A DNA stretch of 64,000 nt from Spirochaetota bacterium (GCA_963664815.2 CAXXHB010000003.1:288001-352000), one strand, 5' to 3'; positions 1 to 10,252 are shown, counted from the first letter of the stretch. Notes: generated by a model not told the origin, from the sequence alone. A program made the numbers and translations.

Positions 1-148
1 ACCTGTTTCTGTAAAAATTGTCAAATGCATCACCAGCCATTTTCAGATTAAAGTAAGTATTGCCTGAGATGCCAAGGATGATGATTAAAAATACAGTGCA
101 GCATAGAATTACTTTTGTGGCCACTTTAAGATCGTTAAACCATTTCAT
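1..148 (-). CDS. Methyl-accepting chemotaxis protein-like N-terminus (partial, runs off the window start)
   Basis: Manual translation MKWFNDLKVATKVILCCTVFLIIILGISGNTYFNLKMAGDAFDNFYRNR resembles the start and TM1 of 4HB-type MCPs. SD AGAGG upstream. Not in the ORF track. Confidence 0.7.
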   Translation of the reverse strand, partial: MKWFNDLKVATKVILCCTVFLIIILGISGNTYFNLKMAGDAFDNFYRNR

Positions 149-457
149 TTATATACCTCTTCATTCAATTAAGAATTATTTTGACATTATTCAATCATTA
201 TCACTGACAGGTTTTCAGATAAATTTTTTATCCCCTGAATTTTCTAATGTATATAGACAATATATAATTATATTAATTAATTATGACGGAATTATTATTT
301 TTTTTTAATATATAATAAAAAATTTTCAAATAAATGATGATAGGTATTAACGTGTACTCTGTGATGATTAAGATAGAGTTGACTGGAATAATAAAGAGGA
401 TTTCAGATTATCATAATTTTTGTTGGGAATTAAAACCTGGAATGGAGTATTCCTGTT

Positions 458-646
458 ATGGGAAAAGATGAGTCGAAATATGTACAGCTTTTATTTGATT
501 TTGAAACTGATGACAGGAAAGTTAAGTTCATTTCTGTCAAAGGAGAGTGCAGATGTGGATACAGCAGCGAGTTCAGGAAAGCTGATGTTGTCCTTGAAAT
601 GACTGTACCTTGTCCAAAGTGCGGGTCTGTTATAAGGATTAAATAA
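458..646 (+). CDS. Small zinc-ribbon protein (62 aa)
   Basis: CRCGY-x16-CPKCG; GGAG upstream. Confidence 0.7.
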   Translation: MGKDESKYVQLLFDFETDDRKVKFISVKGECRCGYSSEFRKADVVLEMTVPCPKCGSVIRIK

Positions 647-672
647 TCGTGTCAGACAAAACAGGGGACTTT

Positions 673-822
673 TTAAAGATTATTTTCTGTCTCTTCCCTG
701 TTTATCATATTCCCGCATTTTCTGCATTTATACTTCTCCTGTGGAGATCCGAAGTCTATAAACACATTAAGGGTGTATCCGCAATTGCATTTGTATGAAA
801 AATGTCTGTTTCTATATTCCAT
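673..822 (-). CDS. Small zinc-ribbon protein (49 aa)
   Basis: CNCGY-x16-CRKCG. SD AAGGAG 7 nt before the ATG at 822, so the start was moved from 894. Confidence 0.7.
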   Translation of the reverse strand: MEYRNRHFSYKCNCGYTLNVFIDFGSPQEKYKCRKCGNMINREETENNL

Positions 823-973
823 GGATTGCTCCTTCAGAAAAAGGTAAACTTTCTGTAATAATATCGGCAGGAGACTCTTCCCTTTGTAATACAATTTCGG
901 AATTTCATTAAGCTGGAAGCATAATGAAAGTGTATTTTATACTTTTAAAATATACCGGGTGAAATCATATTAC

Positions 974-1600
974 TCATATGCCTATACCAAAGAGTATAAG
1001 TTTAACTGCGATATATATCATTATAAAACCTATGACTGTGTCCAGTATTCTCCATGATATCTGTTTTCTGAACAGCGGTGCAATAATTTTCCCGCTGTAG
1101 GCGAGTGAGAAAAACCATATGAAAGATGCGGATACAGCTCCAAGGCCGAAGAATGGACGTATCTCCGGCGGCCTGGCCGCTCCAAATCCTCCAAGCATAA
1201 CTACAGTATCAAGGTATACATGCGGGTTAAGGTAGGTGAGAGCAAGTGTTGTAATTATGGCGTTTTTCAAAGTTAAACCGGAGAAGGATTTACCGTTTAT
1301 ATCCATAGATTCCCCATTAATTGCAGATCGGAAACATCTTATTGAAAACCACGAAAGATACAATGCTCCTGCGATGGATACTGTTCTTGTGATAATCGGG
1401 TGGCTGTTGAAAAGAAACCCCATTCCGGTAATACCGAGAAAAATCAGAAGGGCATCACTCAATGCACATATCCATGCTATAGTTGATCTATGGTTGCCGG
1501 CAATTCCCTGCTTCAGAACAAAAGCGTTCTGTGCACCTATTGCTATAATGAGGCCTGCCCCCATTATAAATCCTTCAATGATGCTGCTTAGTATTGTCAT
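974..1600 (-). CDS. LysE/ArgO family amino acid exporter
   Basis: LIIAIGAQNAFVLKQG and TYLNPHVYLDT motifs; about 6 TM segments; start probably at MTILSS. Confidence 0.9.
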   Translation of the reverse strand: MTILSSIIEGFIMGAGLIIAIGAQNAFVLKQGIAGNHRSTIAWICALSDALLIFLGITGMGFLFNSHPIITRTVSIAGALYLSWFSIRCFRSAINGESMDINGKSFSGLTLKNAIITTLALTYLNPHVYLDTVVMLGGFGAARPPEIRPFFGLGAVSASFIWFFSLAYSGKIIAPLFRKQISWRILDTVIGFIMIYIAVKLILFGIGI

Positions 1601-1818
1601 TATGGTTTCCGTTTTTGAATGATAAAGAATTATTGCTGTTAAAGATAAATAATTGTTTTTCAATATCAGGAATTCTGTCAACTTTAATGCAGATAAATAA
1701 TTCTTTATATCCAGGAATGATAACCGGAGTACAAATTATAAAAATATTTTTTAAAATATTACATATATATTGAATTATTGAATTTTTTTTATTAATAATA
1801 AGTCAGAGGTTACTGAAT

Positions 1819-2535
1819 ATGAAAAAAATAACAACCCTGTTTTTTGCTTCAATTATGTCACTTGTCATATTTTCCTACTTGTTTTCACAGCAATATGATG
1901 ATCTTCAGGAGAAACCGGTGAATAATGACCGGCTGAAACTCTTCCCTGTAGAGGGTAAAAATTATTTTTTTCTTCAATCTATTGATAATGAAACAAGAAT
2001 TGTTATAGGTGACTTCACACAAATCGATAAAAAAATAATCCTGATAAATCTGAAAGATGATTATATAACAATTAAATCTGTGATTGAATATATTCCTGCA
2101 AAAAATGAAATGAGAGTGTTGAGCAAATCTGATTCCAGGTTTTTTACAACTGATATGACAAAATTAAAAAAAGACATTATCACAGGAGAGATTTTTAAAG
2201 GTAATTATGCCGAGGGAATGAAATCCTATGGTGAGCTGGAAAGAGTTTTCAAACAGAATGAATTAAGCAAGATTTTTCCTGAGGTTTACGGGTTCAGTGT
2301 AAAACTTGATGATATTGACGGTAAAAAAATTTCGGCAATGTACACTTTCGGTAATACTGCAAAGGGATACTATATGCAGTTTAAAACATATAATTACAGG
2401 GAAAATCCAAGGACAGAAAAAATACCTGTGTTAAAATACTCGGTTTACTGTAAAAATACTCACGATCCCGTTATACAGGAGTATGTGGAAAATCTTTTTA
2501 AAATAAAAAAACCAGCGTCGAGTTTTGCTAAATAA
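1819..2535 (+). CDS. Hypothetical secreted protein
   Basis: 238-aa ORF, SD GAGG, N-terminal signal peptide; no family recognised. Confidence 0.75.
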   Translation: MKKITTLFFASIMSLVIFSYLFSQQYDDLQEKPVNNDRLKLFPVEGKNYFFLQSIDNETRIVIGDFTQIDKKIILINLKDDYITIKSVIEYIPAKNEMRVLSKSDSRFFTTDMTKLKKDIITGEIFKGNYAEGMKSYGELERVFKQNELSKIFPEVYGFSVKLDDIDGKKISAMYTFGNTAKGYYMQFKTYNYRENPRTEKIPVLKYSVYCKNTHDPVIQEYVENLFKIKKPASSFAK

Positions 2536-2704
2536 ACACATCGTATTAACATGTAATAATGATTATCTATAGAGTGGAAATGTATTTTTTGCATATCAGA
2601 TGATGGAGATGTATAAAAATCAATATTGTCACAATGCTGAATAGTCATTATAGAAGATGTCTTACTAAATGCGGTTCTTCTATAATGACCGGAAACGGCA
2701 CTAT

Positions 2705-4621
2705 TCATCTGGCATAAAGTTTGTCTATTGTATCTTTATAATTTTCAGTAATTACGCGTTTTTTTGTTTTTTGTGTAGGAGTGAGTTCTCCTGTTTCTTC
2801 GGTGAATCTTCTCCTGATAATTGCATAATTTTTTATTGCTTCAAACTCCTCAAGTTTCTTATTCGCGTTTTCAACCTCTTTTGCAATGAGTTCCCTGAGT
2901 TTTGGAATTGCTATAAAATCATCACCTACTTCTACACAGAGAGGAGTGCCTGCAGAGCTGGAGAAGACCAGCTTGCTTTTGTCGTATTTAATATTTTCTT
3001 CTTCAAAAAGGGCTATGAGACTCATAAAGTTAGGGACTATTAATGTAGTGATAAAATTTCTTTCATCACCGATTGTAAAAACCTGTTCTACATATGGGCT
3101 GGTTCCGAACATTCCCTCAACTTTTGCCGGGGCGATATTTTTGCCTGTAGCGAGACAGATAATGGCTTTCTTTCGGTCTACTATTTTAAAGTACCCGTTT
3201 TCATCAGCAATTACAACATCACCTGTTTTGAACCATCCGTCGGCAGTAAATGAAGCCTTGTCCTCCTCCGGTTTGTTCAGGTAACCGGCGAAAAGACCAG
3301 CCGCTCCGATTTCAAGTTCGCCGTCTTCAGCAATTCTTCCGATAGAACCGTTCGCAGGAGGGCCGACAAATCCTGGTTTGCATGCAGTTATAGGATTAAG
3401 GCAGCAGGCATTACACGACTCAGTTGAACCATAACCTTCTATTACAGGGAATCCGAGTATATAATAAAATTTCAAAAGTTCCGGGGATATCCCTGCACTT
3501 GCCGAAAATGCAAACCTGAAACGCGTTCCGAACAGAGCCCGCACTTTGGAGTATATTAATCGGTCAGCAATTTTATACCTTATTCTGAGACCTAACGGCA
3601 GTCTCGAAATGAGATCGCATGAAGGGGACATATCGATTCTTCCGAATTTATCGGTTTTATATACTATGGCTTTCTCCCCGACACCAATTGCCCAGTTGAA
3701 GAGTACGCTTTTAACAGCACTTTCAGACATCGTCTTTTTCAGCTGGATATATATTTTTTCATAGAGTCGAGGTACACAGTTAAACCATGTTGGATTATAC
3801 TTTTGCATATCAGCAAGAATAGTTGAAGGATTGTCTGCGTAGGTTATGGTTGCACCCTGCCAGATAGCCATACCCTGGCAGGAACCTCTGTCGAATATAT
3901 GCGCAATTGGAAGAAATGACATTGTCACATCATTTTCAGTGACATCCATTCCATATTTGCCGAAATAATCAATAACGCCCTTCATTCTTGATGCGAGTGA
4001 CCAGTGTGTAAGTATAACTCCCTTTCCAAGACCCGTTGTCCCGGAGGTGTACAGAATTGTGTACCAGTCTTTTATATCAACGCTTTTCAGCCGTGCCTCA
4101 TATTCATTGAATGAACATGCGGAGAACTTTTTGCCGAGGTCCATAAGATCCGTCATGCTGATGATTCTGGGATCACTGGAGATATACGATTTGTCCATAA
4201 TGATAATTTTTTGAAGCGACGGCATTTTATCGAGCCCTGGAAGAACTCTCTCCAGCAAAACGCTGTTTCCCAGAAAAAGATATCTGCACTGTGAATCATT
4301 TATAATATAATCTATTTCATAAAGTGAAAGGGTGGGGTAGATCGCAACGCTGACTCCTCCACAGTTTGAAATTGCCATATCCACATGTGTCCAGTAGGGG
4401 CTGCTTGCGGACAAAATGCCCGCGCGTTCCTGTTTATCAAAACCAAGAGAGAGAAGACCGCATGCTAAATCCTCAACTCTCTGCTTCATTTCTTTCCATG
4501 TTAAAGTCCCTGTTTCGTCAGTGTAAAGGGCTGGATTAAATCTCTGAGCTATTCGGTCAGTAAGTCTGTTAGCGCTTGTATAGAATGCTTCACATACAGT
4601 GAGTAGTTTTTTTTCTTCCAT
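2705..4621 (-). CDS. fadD: Long-chain fatty acid-CoA ligase (AMP-dependent synthetase)
   Basis: YTSGTTGLGKG, EGYGSTE, GWFKTGD and IVDRKK motifs; start at 4621 (SD GAGG) or 4633. Confidence 0.9.
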   Translation of the reverse strand: MEEKKLLTVCEAFYTSANRLTDRIAQRFNPALYTDETGTLTWKEMKQRVEDLACGLLSLGFDKQERAGILSASSPYWTHVDMAISNCGGVSVAIYPTLSLYEIDYIINDSQCRYLFLGNSVLLERVLPGLDKMPSLQKIIIMDKSYISSDPRIISMTDLMDLGKKFSACSFNEYEARLKSVDIKDWYTILYTSGTTGLGKGVILTHWSLASRMKGVIDYFGKYGMDVTENDVTMSFLPIAHIFDRGSCQGMAIWQGATITYADNPSTILADMQKYNPTWFNCVPRLYEKIYIQLKKTMSESAVKSVLFNWAIGVGEKAIVYKTDKFGRIDMSPSCDLISRLPLGLRIRYKIADRLIYSKVRALFGTRFRFAFSASAGISPELLKFYYILGFPVIEGYGSTESCNACCLNPITACKPGFVGPPANGSIGRIAEDGELEIGAAGLFAGYLNKPEEDKASFTADGWFKTGDVVIADENGYFKIVDRKKAIICLATGKNIAPAKVEGMFGTSPYVEQVFTIGDERNFITTLIVPNFMSLIALFEEENIKYDKSKLVFSSSAGTPLCVEVGDDFIAIPKLRELIAKEVENANKKLEEFEAIKNYAIIRRRFTEETGELTPTQKTKKRVITENYKDTIDKLYAR

Positions 4622-4685
4622 AAATTGCCTCATATTATTCTTTTTTGTACTTTTGTTATATTTATGGTAATAATGTCAACAAAAA

Positions 4686-4700
4686 ATGAACGACGTTCAT
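4686..4700. promoter_or_regulatory. Palindromic operator ATGAACG-A-CGTTCAT between the divergent fadD and sdaA
   Basis: Perfect 7-1-7 inverted repeat next to a minus-strand TTGACA (4679-4674). Confidence 0.5.
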
Positions 4701-4869
4701 AAAAATGATCTGAAATTTAAACATAGTATAGCTGTTTCTTATTGTTGATTTTATTTTAATTCTTAAGTTGAGGTTCTAAGGAGTAACTGACTTTCGAATA
4801 ATTTTAAAAGTAATAGTTTCAAATAATTTTTTTTCTGTTAAATTGATTTGTATATATAGAAGAGGATTT

Positions 4870-6105
4870 ATGAAGTCACTCAGGGAAATTTTCAGAATAG
4901 GTTTAGGGCCTTCAAGCAGTCACACTATGGGGCCTTCTTTTGCCGCCTATATGTTCAAAGAAAGAACCGGAAACGCTGTAAAATATAGGGTTTCTCTTTA
5001 TGGCAGTCTTGCACTTACCGGAAAGGGGCATTTCACAGATCGTGCGATTATAACTGCTTTATCTCCATGCGTATGTGAAATCAGATGGATCAAAGATAAG
5101 GAGCTGCCGCTTCATCCTAATGGTATGTTTTTTGAAGCTTTCGATGATACAGGTAAACTTGTTAATGAATGGACTGTTTACAGTACCGGAGGCGGAGCCT
5201 TAATGGACAAGACGAATGAATCTGAACCGGGGGATGTATATCCCTTCAGCAGTATGTCTGAACTGCTTAGTTTATGTGACAAAGAGGGGAAGACAATATG
5301 GAATTTTGTCGATCAGTATGAGGATCCGGGAATATGGAATTACTTAATAGATATACTCGATGTTATGAAGAAAGCGATTGATAGGGGGCTTGATGCAGAA
5401 GGGGTTTTACCTGGTGGTTTGAATCTTGCAAGAAAGGCTTCTTCATATTATACCAGGACTGTTCAGAGTAAAGGATACCTTGAAAAAACCGGTACAATAT
5501 TTTCATACGCACTGGCAGTTTCAGAAGAGAATGCTGCGGGGAATACTATTGTTACTGCTCCTACATGCGGTTCGGCCGGTGTTCTCCCGGCTGTAATTTT
5601 TTTTATGAAAGATTTTTATAAACTCAGCGATGAAAAAATTCTCCGTGCCCTGGCAACGGCCGGGGTAATAGGAAATTTTATAAAAAGGAATGCTTCAATC
5701 TCCGGTGCTGAAGTGGGATGTCAGGGTGAGGTGGGCTCAGCCTGCGCTATGGCTGCAGGGGCTGCGGCGCAACTGATGGGTGGAACTCCACACCATATTG
5801 AATATGCAGCCGAAATGGGGCTAGAACATCATCTTGGCCTCACCTGTGATCCGATAATGGGGCTCGTCCAGATACCGTGTATTGAAAGGAATGCTATTGC
5901 CGCTGTCAGGGCAATGGATTGTGCTACCTATGTGCTTCTTTCAGACGGGCGGCATATGGTTTCGTTTGATGAGGTGGTCGTTACAATGATGCAGACTGGA
6001 AAGGATATGAAGAGCCGCTACAGGGAAACATCAAAAGGTGGATTGGCATTTTTTCACAGAAAAAAAGAATCACGAAAAATAAATAACAAAAAAAATAAAT
6101 TTTAA
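4870..6105 (+). CDS. sdaA: L-serine ammonia-lyase (Fe-S dependent, single chain)
   Basis: IGLGPSSSHTMGP, VTAPTCGSAGV, GAEVGCQGEVG, HHLGLTCDP and QIPCIERN motifs. Confidence 0.95.
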   Translation: MKSLREIFRIGLGPSSSHTMGPSFAAYMFKERTGNAVKYRVSLYGSLALTGKGHFTDRAIITALSPCVCEIRWIKDKELPLHPNGMFFEAFDDTGKLVNEWTVYSTGGGALMDKTNESEPGDVYPFSSMSELLSLCDKEGKTIWNFVDQYEDPGIWNYLIDILDVMKKAIDRGLDAEGVLPGGLNLARKASSYYTRTVQSKGYLEKTGTIFSYALAVSEENAAGNTIVTAPTCGSAGVLPAVIFFMKDFYKLSDEKILRALATAGVIGNFIKRNASISGAEVGCQGEVGSACAMAAGAAAQLMGGTPHHIEYAAEMGLEHHLGLTCDPIMGLVQIPCIERNAIAAVRAMDCATYVLLSDGRHMVSFDEVVVTMMQTGKDMKSRYRETSKGGLAFFHRKKESRKINNKKNKF

Positions 6106-6149
6106 TCTGGTATTATGGAGTAACGAGTCGGATTTCAGCTTTATTACCG

Positions 6150-6181
6150 AAGCAGATTCATTGATAGTGATGAATCTGCTT
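6150..6181. terminator. Hairpin between the convergent sdaA and NifX-family genes
   Basis: AAGCAGATTCAT...ATGAATCTGCTT, 12-bp stem. Confidence 0.6.
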
Positions 6182-6221
6182 AAATATAATTCTTCCGGCA
6201 GTCAGCCTGTGCATAAGTGGT

Positions 6222-6581
6222 TTAATGACTGCATTCGTGTCCGTGAGCGCTGCACCCTATTCCTGAATCGGTGATGTTTCCCGAAATCCATTTATCAGCT
6301 ACTGTTCTGACGTTGCCTGCACATCCTCTCACAACCTGGATTCCGCTGTTTCCAAGTACATTAACTGCTCCATCCCCCATATTTCCGGCGAGCATCACCT
6401 TTACACCCATCTGTGCAAGTGTTCCTGCTATATTTGATTTACAGCCGCACCCTGCCGGTGACTTGACTGTTTCTTCATTAATAATTTCCTTTTTTTCATT
6501 TAATGTGAATACAGTAAAATGATCACAGTGCCCAAAGTGGCTGTCTATCATACTGTTCTTTGTAGGTAATGCAATTTTCAT
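6222..6581 (-). CDS. NifB/NifX family (dinitrogenase FeMo-cofactor domain) protein
   Basis: MKIALP..HFGHC..GCGC..GNMGDGA; Cys/His-rich tail. Confidence 0.88.
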   Translation of the reverse strand: MKIALPTKNSMIDSHFGHCDHFTVFTLNEKKEIINEETVKSPAGCGCKSNIAGTLAQMGVKVMLAGNMGDGAVNVLGNSGIQVVRGCAGNVRTVADKWISGNITDSGIGCSAHGHECSH

Positions 6582-6603
6582 ATTCTCCTTCTCCTCAATC
6601 CTC

Positions 6604-6999
6604 TTAATTATTGATTTTTCTGCATCTGGGACATGCAGGTTTTTGATCGTTACTTATACAGCATGCAGAGGAAAGGCCGCAACTGCTGCATTTTATGCTG
6701 TTATTCTCCTCTATGGATACATTCCCGCCTTCGATCCTCAAAGTTTTACCATGAACAAGTGCGTCGGCTATTTTTTTACGTGCTGAGTCTATTATTCTTC
6801 CAAAAGTCTGCCGGGATATGTCCATCATTTCAGCGCTTTTTTCCTGGTAAAAACCTTCATAATCGGCAAGTCTTAATGCTTCAAACTCGTCAAGTGTGAT
6901 GATTATCTCTTCACCGGTTGATGAATTAATTCCAACAGGTTTGAAGCAATTTGCACCTGGTTTGCACCCTATTCTTCTGCAATATTTAGGTCTTGTCAT
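6604..6999 (-). CDS. DUF134 (UPF0251) HTH protein with C-terminal Cys motifs
   Basis: RPKYCRRI..FKP..LDEFEALRLADYEG..QEKSAEMMDISRQTFGRIIDSARKKIADALVHGK; CSSC and CPRC at the C-terminus. Confidence 0.9.
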   Translation of the reverse strand: MTRPKYCRRIGCKPGANCFKPVGINSSTGEEIIITLDEFEALRLADYEGFYQEKSAEMMDISRQTFGRIIDSARKKIADALVHGKTLRIEGGNVSIEENNSIKCSSCGLSSACCISNDQKPACPRCRKINN

Positions 7000-7016
7000 A
7001 TATCTTGTATTCTGTA

Positions 7017-7047
7017 ACCATATGGGCATATGCCCATAATATGTCAA
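7017..7047 (-). promoter_or_regulatory. Putative promoter TTGACA-N19-TATGGT containing the palindrome TATGGGCATATGCCCATA (7021-7038)
   Basis: Perfect 18-bp palindrome directly upstream of the DUF134 gene. Confidence 0.65.
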
Positions 7048-7179
7048 TAGAAAATAATTTACGAAGTGAGGAAAATAGAATTAGAGCCAGGTGAAAGTAA
7101 ATGAGAATAAATTTTTCTGAATGGTCTTCGTAAGGAATTTTTAGGGAAATCATTCGTCTGAAGATGAAAATGAATAAAA

Positions 7180-8328
7180 TCACCTCAACATAAAAAAAGT
7201 ACTGCCCAGAGAGAACATTACGGCAACCGCTATCCGGCCAAAATACCCGTACTTTGTTTTATAATAGTTCCATATCCATGCCATTGGCAGCATCAGAAGG
7301 ACAACTCCAGAAGAGATAATAATGCATGCTCCGAAACTGAGGCTTTGGTGGCTCATGGCTATTATCGATTTTCCCCACCAGAATTCGCGGTGAATAAGCT
7401 GTAGATGTAAAAAGTATACTGCCAGAGATTCCCGGCTGGGATATAGTATTATTGGAGATAATTTATCCCTCCATGAGCAGTAATAGTAGCAGGAAGAGAG
7501 TATCATGAATACAATTCCGAGTCTTCCGGTAAAAAAAAGAAAATCTGGCCGCACATCTTTAATAAGAAAAGCATAATCTTTAAGGTAGAACATTAATGGG
7601 ATGCAGATTACCGCAAACATAAACCCGGATATAAACAGTCGCTTCATGAACAGTGGAGCTGATCCCGCATCCAGTAATTTCGAGAAGAACCATGCGGCAA
7701 GATTGCCGGCAGCCATGAATCCGAACCATGGGAAAAGAGGAAAATTTGTATAGTATATCGGGGTTAAATACATGGCCATGGGAAGCGGCAAATATTTCTG
7801 AAAATCTATAGTATAGATTTTTACCGCAGGAATAACAGTGGCAAGACCAAGAACTAGAACCATAAGTAGAAATACTTTGTCATTTTTAATTGAAAGCCTT
7901 AATATAAATACTAGAAAAAGACCAAAGGCTATGCATTGCAGTACGTCTACCCCTAAAAAATTCATCCATTGATCGGCTGTTGCAACGTTAATGCATTTAT
8001 ATGCTGAAAAGAATGGTATATGCAGCATATAGCCGAGAAACCAAATAAGCATGATTCTTCCAATCTGTTTCCAGAAAGCATATCTGAATGTCCGGAATTC
8101 ATCAAGTTTTGAACGGGAAGCCAGCATAAATGAAAATCCGGAGATGAATATAAAACTTGGAGCAACCATGCCGTTGAGAAAATTTATGTAATTAAACCAT
8201 GTTTCATTTCTCAGGGCAGGGTTCATCATGGAATTGACGACATGTACCTCTATCATAACAATCATGGCAAGACCGCGCATGAGATCTACAAAGGTTAAAC
8301 GAGTATTTTTCATATTAAAATTTTCCAT
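7180..8328 (-). CDS. DUF1624 / heparan-alpha-glucosaminide N-acetyltransferase-like membrane protein
   Basis: RLTFVDLMRGLAMIVMIEVH, DVLQCIA and FPLFPWFGF motifs; multi-TM. Confidence 0.85.
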   Translation of the reverse strand: MENFNMKNTRLTFVDLMRGLAMIVMIEVHVVNSMMNPALRNETWFNYINFLNGMVAPSFIFISGFSFMLASRSKLDEFRTFRYAFWKQIGRIMLIWFLGYMLHIPFFSAYKCINVATADQWMNFLGVDVLQCIAFGLFLVFILRLSIKNDKVFLLMVLVLGLATVIPAVKIYTIDFQKYLPLPMAMYLTPIYYTNFPLFPWFGFMAAGNLAAWFFSKLLDAGSAPLFMKRLFISGFMFAVICIPLMFYLKDYAFLIKDVRPDFLFFTGRLGIVFMILSSCYYYCSWRDKLSPIILYPSRESLAVYFLHLQLIHREFWWGKSIIAMSHQSLSFGACIIISSGVVLLMLPMAWIWNYYKTKYGYFGRIAVAVMFSLGSTFFMLR

Positions 8329-8555
8329 TTTTAAATGATAATTTTAATATGAAGACGGTTGTCAATTAATAATCTTTCTGAAAAACAATCTTTGATTCGC
8401 TATCGATTAAAATTTTATATGTTGACCCATGTATAACTATATAAATTATTAATGACAATTATCTGGTGTTTCAGGATTATTGCCGAAACTGAAAAATGTA
8501 AATGGAATGAATTTTTATTGTATTATAATAATCTGATGAGGGCAACAATCATCAA

Positions 8556-9428
8556 ATGAAAAAAAAACCGGGAATTTATTTTTTAATAAGTTGTTACCTT
8601 ATTCTGGGAGTATCATTTTTAACAGGCAAAGTATATGCAAGGGAGGCATCTGACGAATACCCTGAAGGCTATTACGACGGCGATTCTCTACCTGAGAAAA
8701 CGGCATATCTCACGTTTGATGATGGTCCATCGGAATGGACTGACAGTATACTTAATATATTGAAGAACGAAAATGTAAAAGCGACATTTTTTGTGAGTGC
8801 ATGGTGGAACAATGGGAAGATGAAAGGACAGAGCAATTTCCAGAAACAGGAGAATTCTCTTAGAAGGATGGTTAAGGAGGGACATGTCATTGGCAACCAT
8901 ACATCTGGGCACAGAGTTCTCCCTTTTTTGTCTTCCCGGACGATTTTGTATCAGTTCAATTCCAATCAATGTTTTTTGGAGGAAGTATTGGGAAATGATA
9001 CTCCTGTAATGACAATAATACGCCCTCCGCTGGGGAGCCCGTGGTCAAGAAAAACATCGGCAGATAAAAGAAAATCTGTCGGAAACATTGTAAGAAAAAT
9101 AGGAATAGTAGCTATGTGGACAAAGGATTTTGACTCCACTGATTCATGGAATTGGGCCAGGGGTGAATGGTTCAGGTCAAGCCCCAGGTTAGATGAAAAC
9201 AATCCCTCATATGTGCATAAAATGGAGAAGATTTACAGCAGAATTGCAGCGAAAGCGGATGGAACTGGCATGGTCATATTGATGCATGACACTCACCCTA
9301 CTTCGCGCGATGTTCTTGATTCTATAATTATTGAACTGAAAAGAAAAGGGTACAGGTTCTGCACTATGGAGGACTTTGTATTATGGAAATATGGTAAAAG
9401 CAGTAAGGCGCTTCTTGGAATAAAATAA
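8556..9428 (+). CDS. Polysaccharide deacetylase (CE4/NodB), secreted
   Basis: YLTFDDGPS, KATFF, GNHTSGH, RPPLG and LMHD motifs. Confidence 0.9.
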   Translation: MKKKPGIYFLISCYLILGVSFLTGKVYAREASDEYPEGYYDGDSLPEKTAYLTFDDGPSEWTDSILNILKNENVKATFFVSAWWNNGKMKGQSNFQKQENSLRRMVKEGHVIGNHTSGHRVLPFLSSRTILYQFNSNQCFLEEVLGNDTPVMTIIRPPLGSPWSRKTSADKRKSVGNIVRKIGIVAMWTKDFDSTDSWNWARGEWFRSSPRLDENNPSYVHKMEKIYSRIAAKADGTGMVILMHDTHPTSRDVLDSIIIELKRKGYRFCTMEDFVLWKYGKSSKALLGIK

Positions 9429-9571
9429 TAAAACTGTTTTTTAAAATAGCAGTGCTGTGGAATATCTTCAGCAGAGTTGAAGTAAAAAAATGCCGGGTTA
9501 ATACAGACTTCTTTGTCCCATTAGTTGAGGGTAGTGGAATTAGACTTGTCAGTCATTCTATGCTATGAATG

Positions 9572-9862
9572 TTACATTTCTATATACTCAAGTGAGCTTC
9601 TTGTATAAGGAACTTCAAGTAACGGCGTAGTATTTTCTTTCCATTTTTTGTAATGATCCGTTTCTCTGTGTTTATTCTGGTCTTCAACAGAATTAAAAAT
9701 CTCGAATAGTATGAATGTACTTTCTGTATCGAGATCCCTGAAGAACTCAAAGCGTTTAACTCCCGGTTCTTTAATGCTGTTGTAAACATTATCATTTGTG
9801 TAACGGATGAAGTCGTTCACATATTGCTTTTGTACCGTAAGATTGACCTGTACTATAACCAT
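9572..9862 (-). CDS. ABM-family (putative quinol monooxygenase / LsrG-like) protein
   Basis: EPGVKRFE..FILFEIF..HRETDHYKKW; SD GGAGAG before the ATG at 9862. Confidence 0.85.
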   Translation of the reverse strand: MVIVQVNLTVQKQYVNDFIRYTNDNVYNSIKEPGVKRFEFFRDLDTESTFILFEIFNSVEDQNKHRETDHYKKWKENTTPLLEVPYTRSSLEYIEM

Positions 9863-10218
9863 TTTTCTCTCCGGAATATTGGATTTCAATGATGGATTAG
9901 CTGCAAAACACAGCATCAACTGAGAAACGAAGCGATAGCATTTTTAAATACCCATAACATCACTTATTTCTGCAAAAGCAGAGCTTTATATAAAAATTGT
10001 GTTTTGTTATCACCTGTATGTATTGATACGGAAAATCTTCGGTAAAATCAATAAAAAATTTATATGTAATACGTAAATATTTAATGGCTGGTGGTAATTT
10101 TGAATTAATATTCTTTATGGAAAGAAATATTATATTTCAATGCAGATAATGGTATAAAAAAGATCGTTGTTCTCATATTACGGTTAAATGCATCGAAACT
10201 TAAAATTTATTAATTAAC

Positions 10219-10252
10219 TTGACATAATATCGCTATTTGCAAATTGTTTGCA
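10219..10252 (+). promoter_or_regulatory. Promoter -35 TTGACA with a Zur-type box TGCAAA-TTG-TTTGCA over the -10 region
   Basis: 6-3-6 inverted repeat at 10238-10252, upstream of the Fur-family/znu operon. Confidence 0.65.

Noticed and set aside
60-308. 82-aa plus-strand ORF
   Set aside because: Antisense to the better-supported MCP-like N-terminus and runs into low-complexity AT sequence.
6222-6581. Nitrogen-fixation locus
   Set aside because: Only a NifB/NifX-family domain, which is common in non-diazotrophs; no nifHDK in the window.
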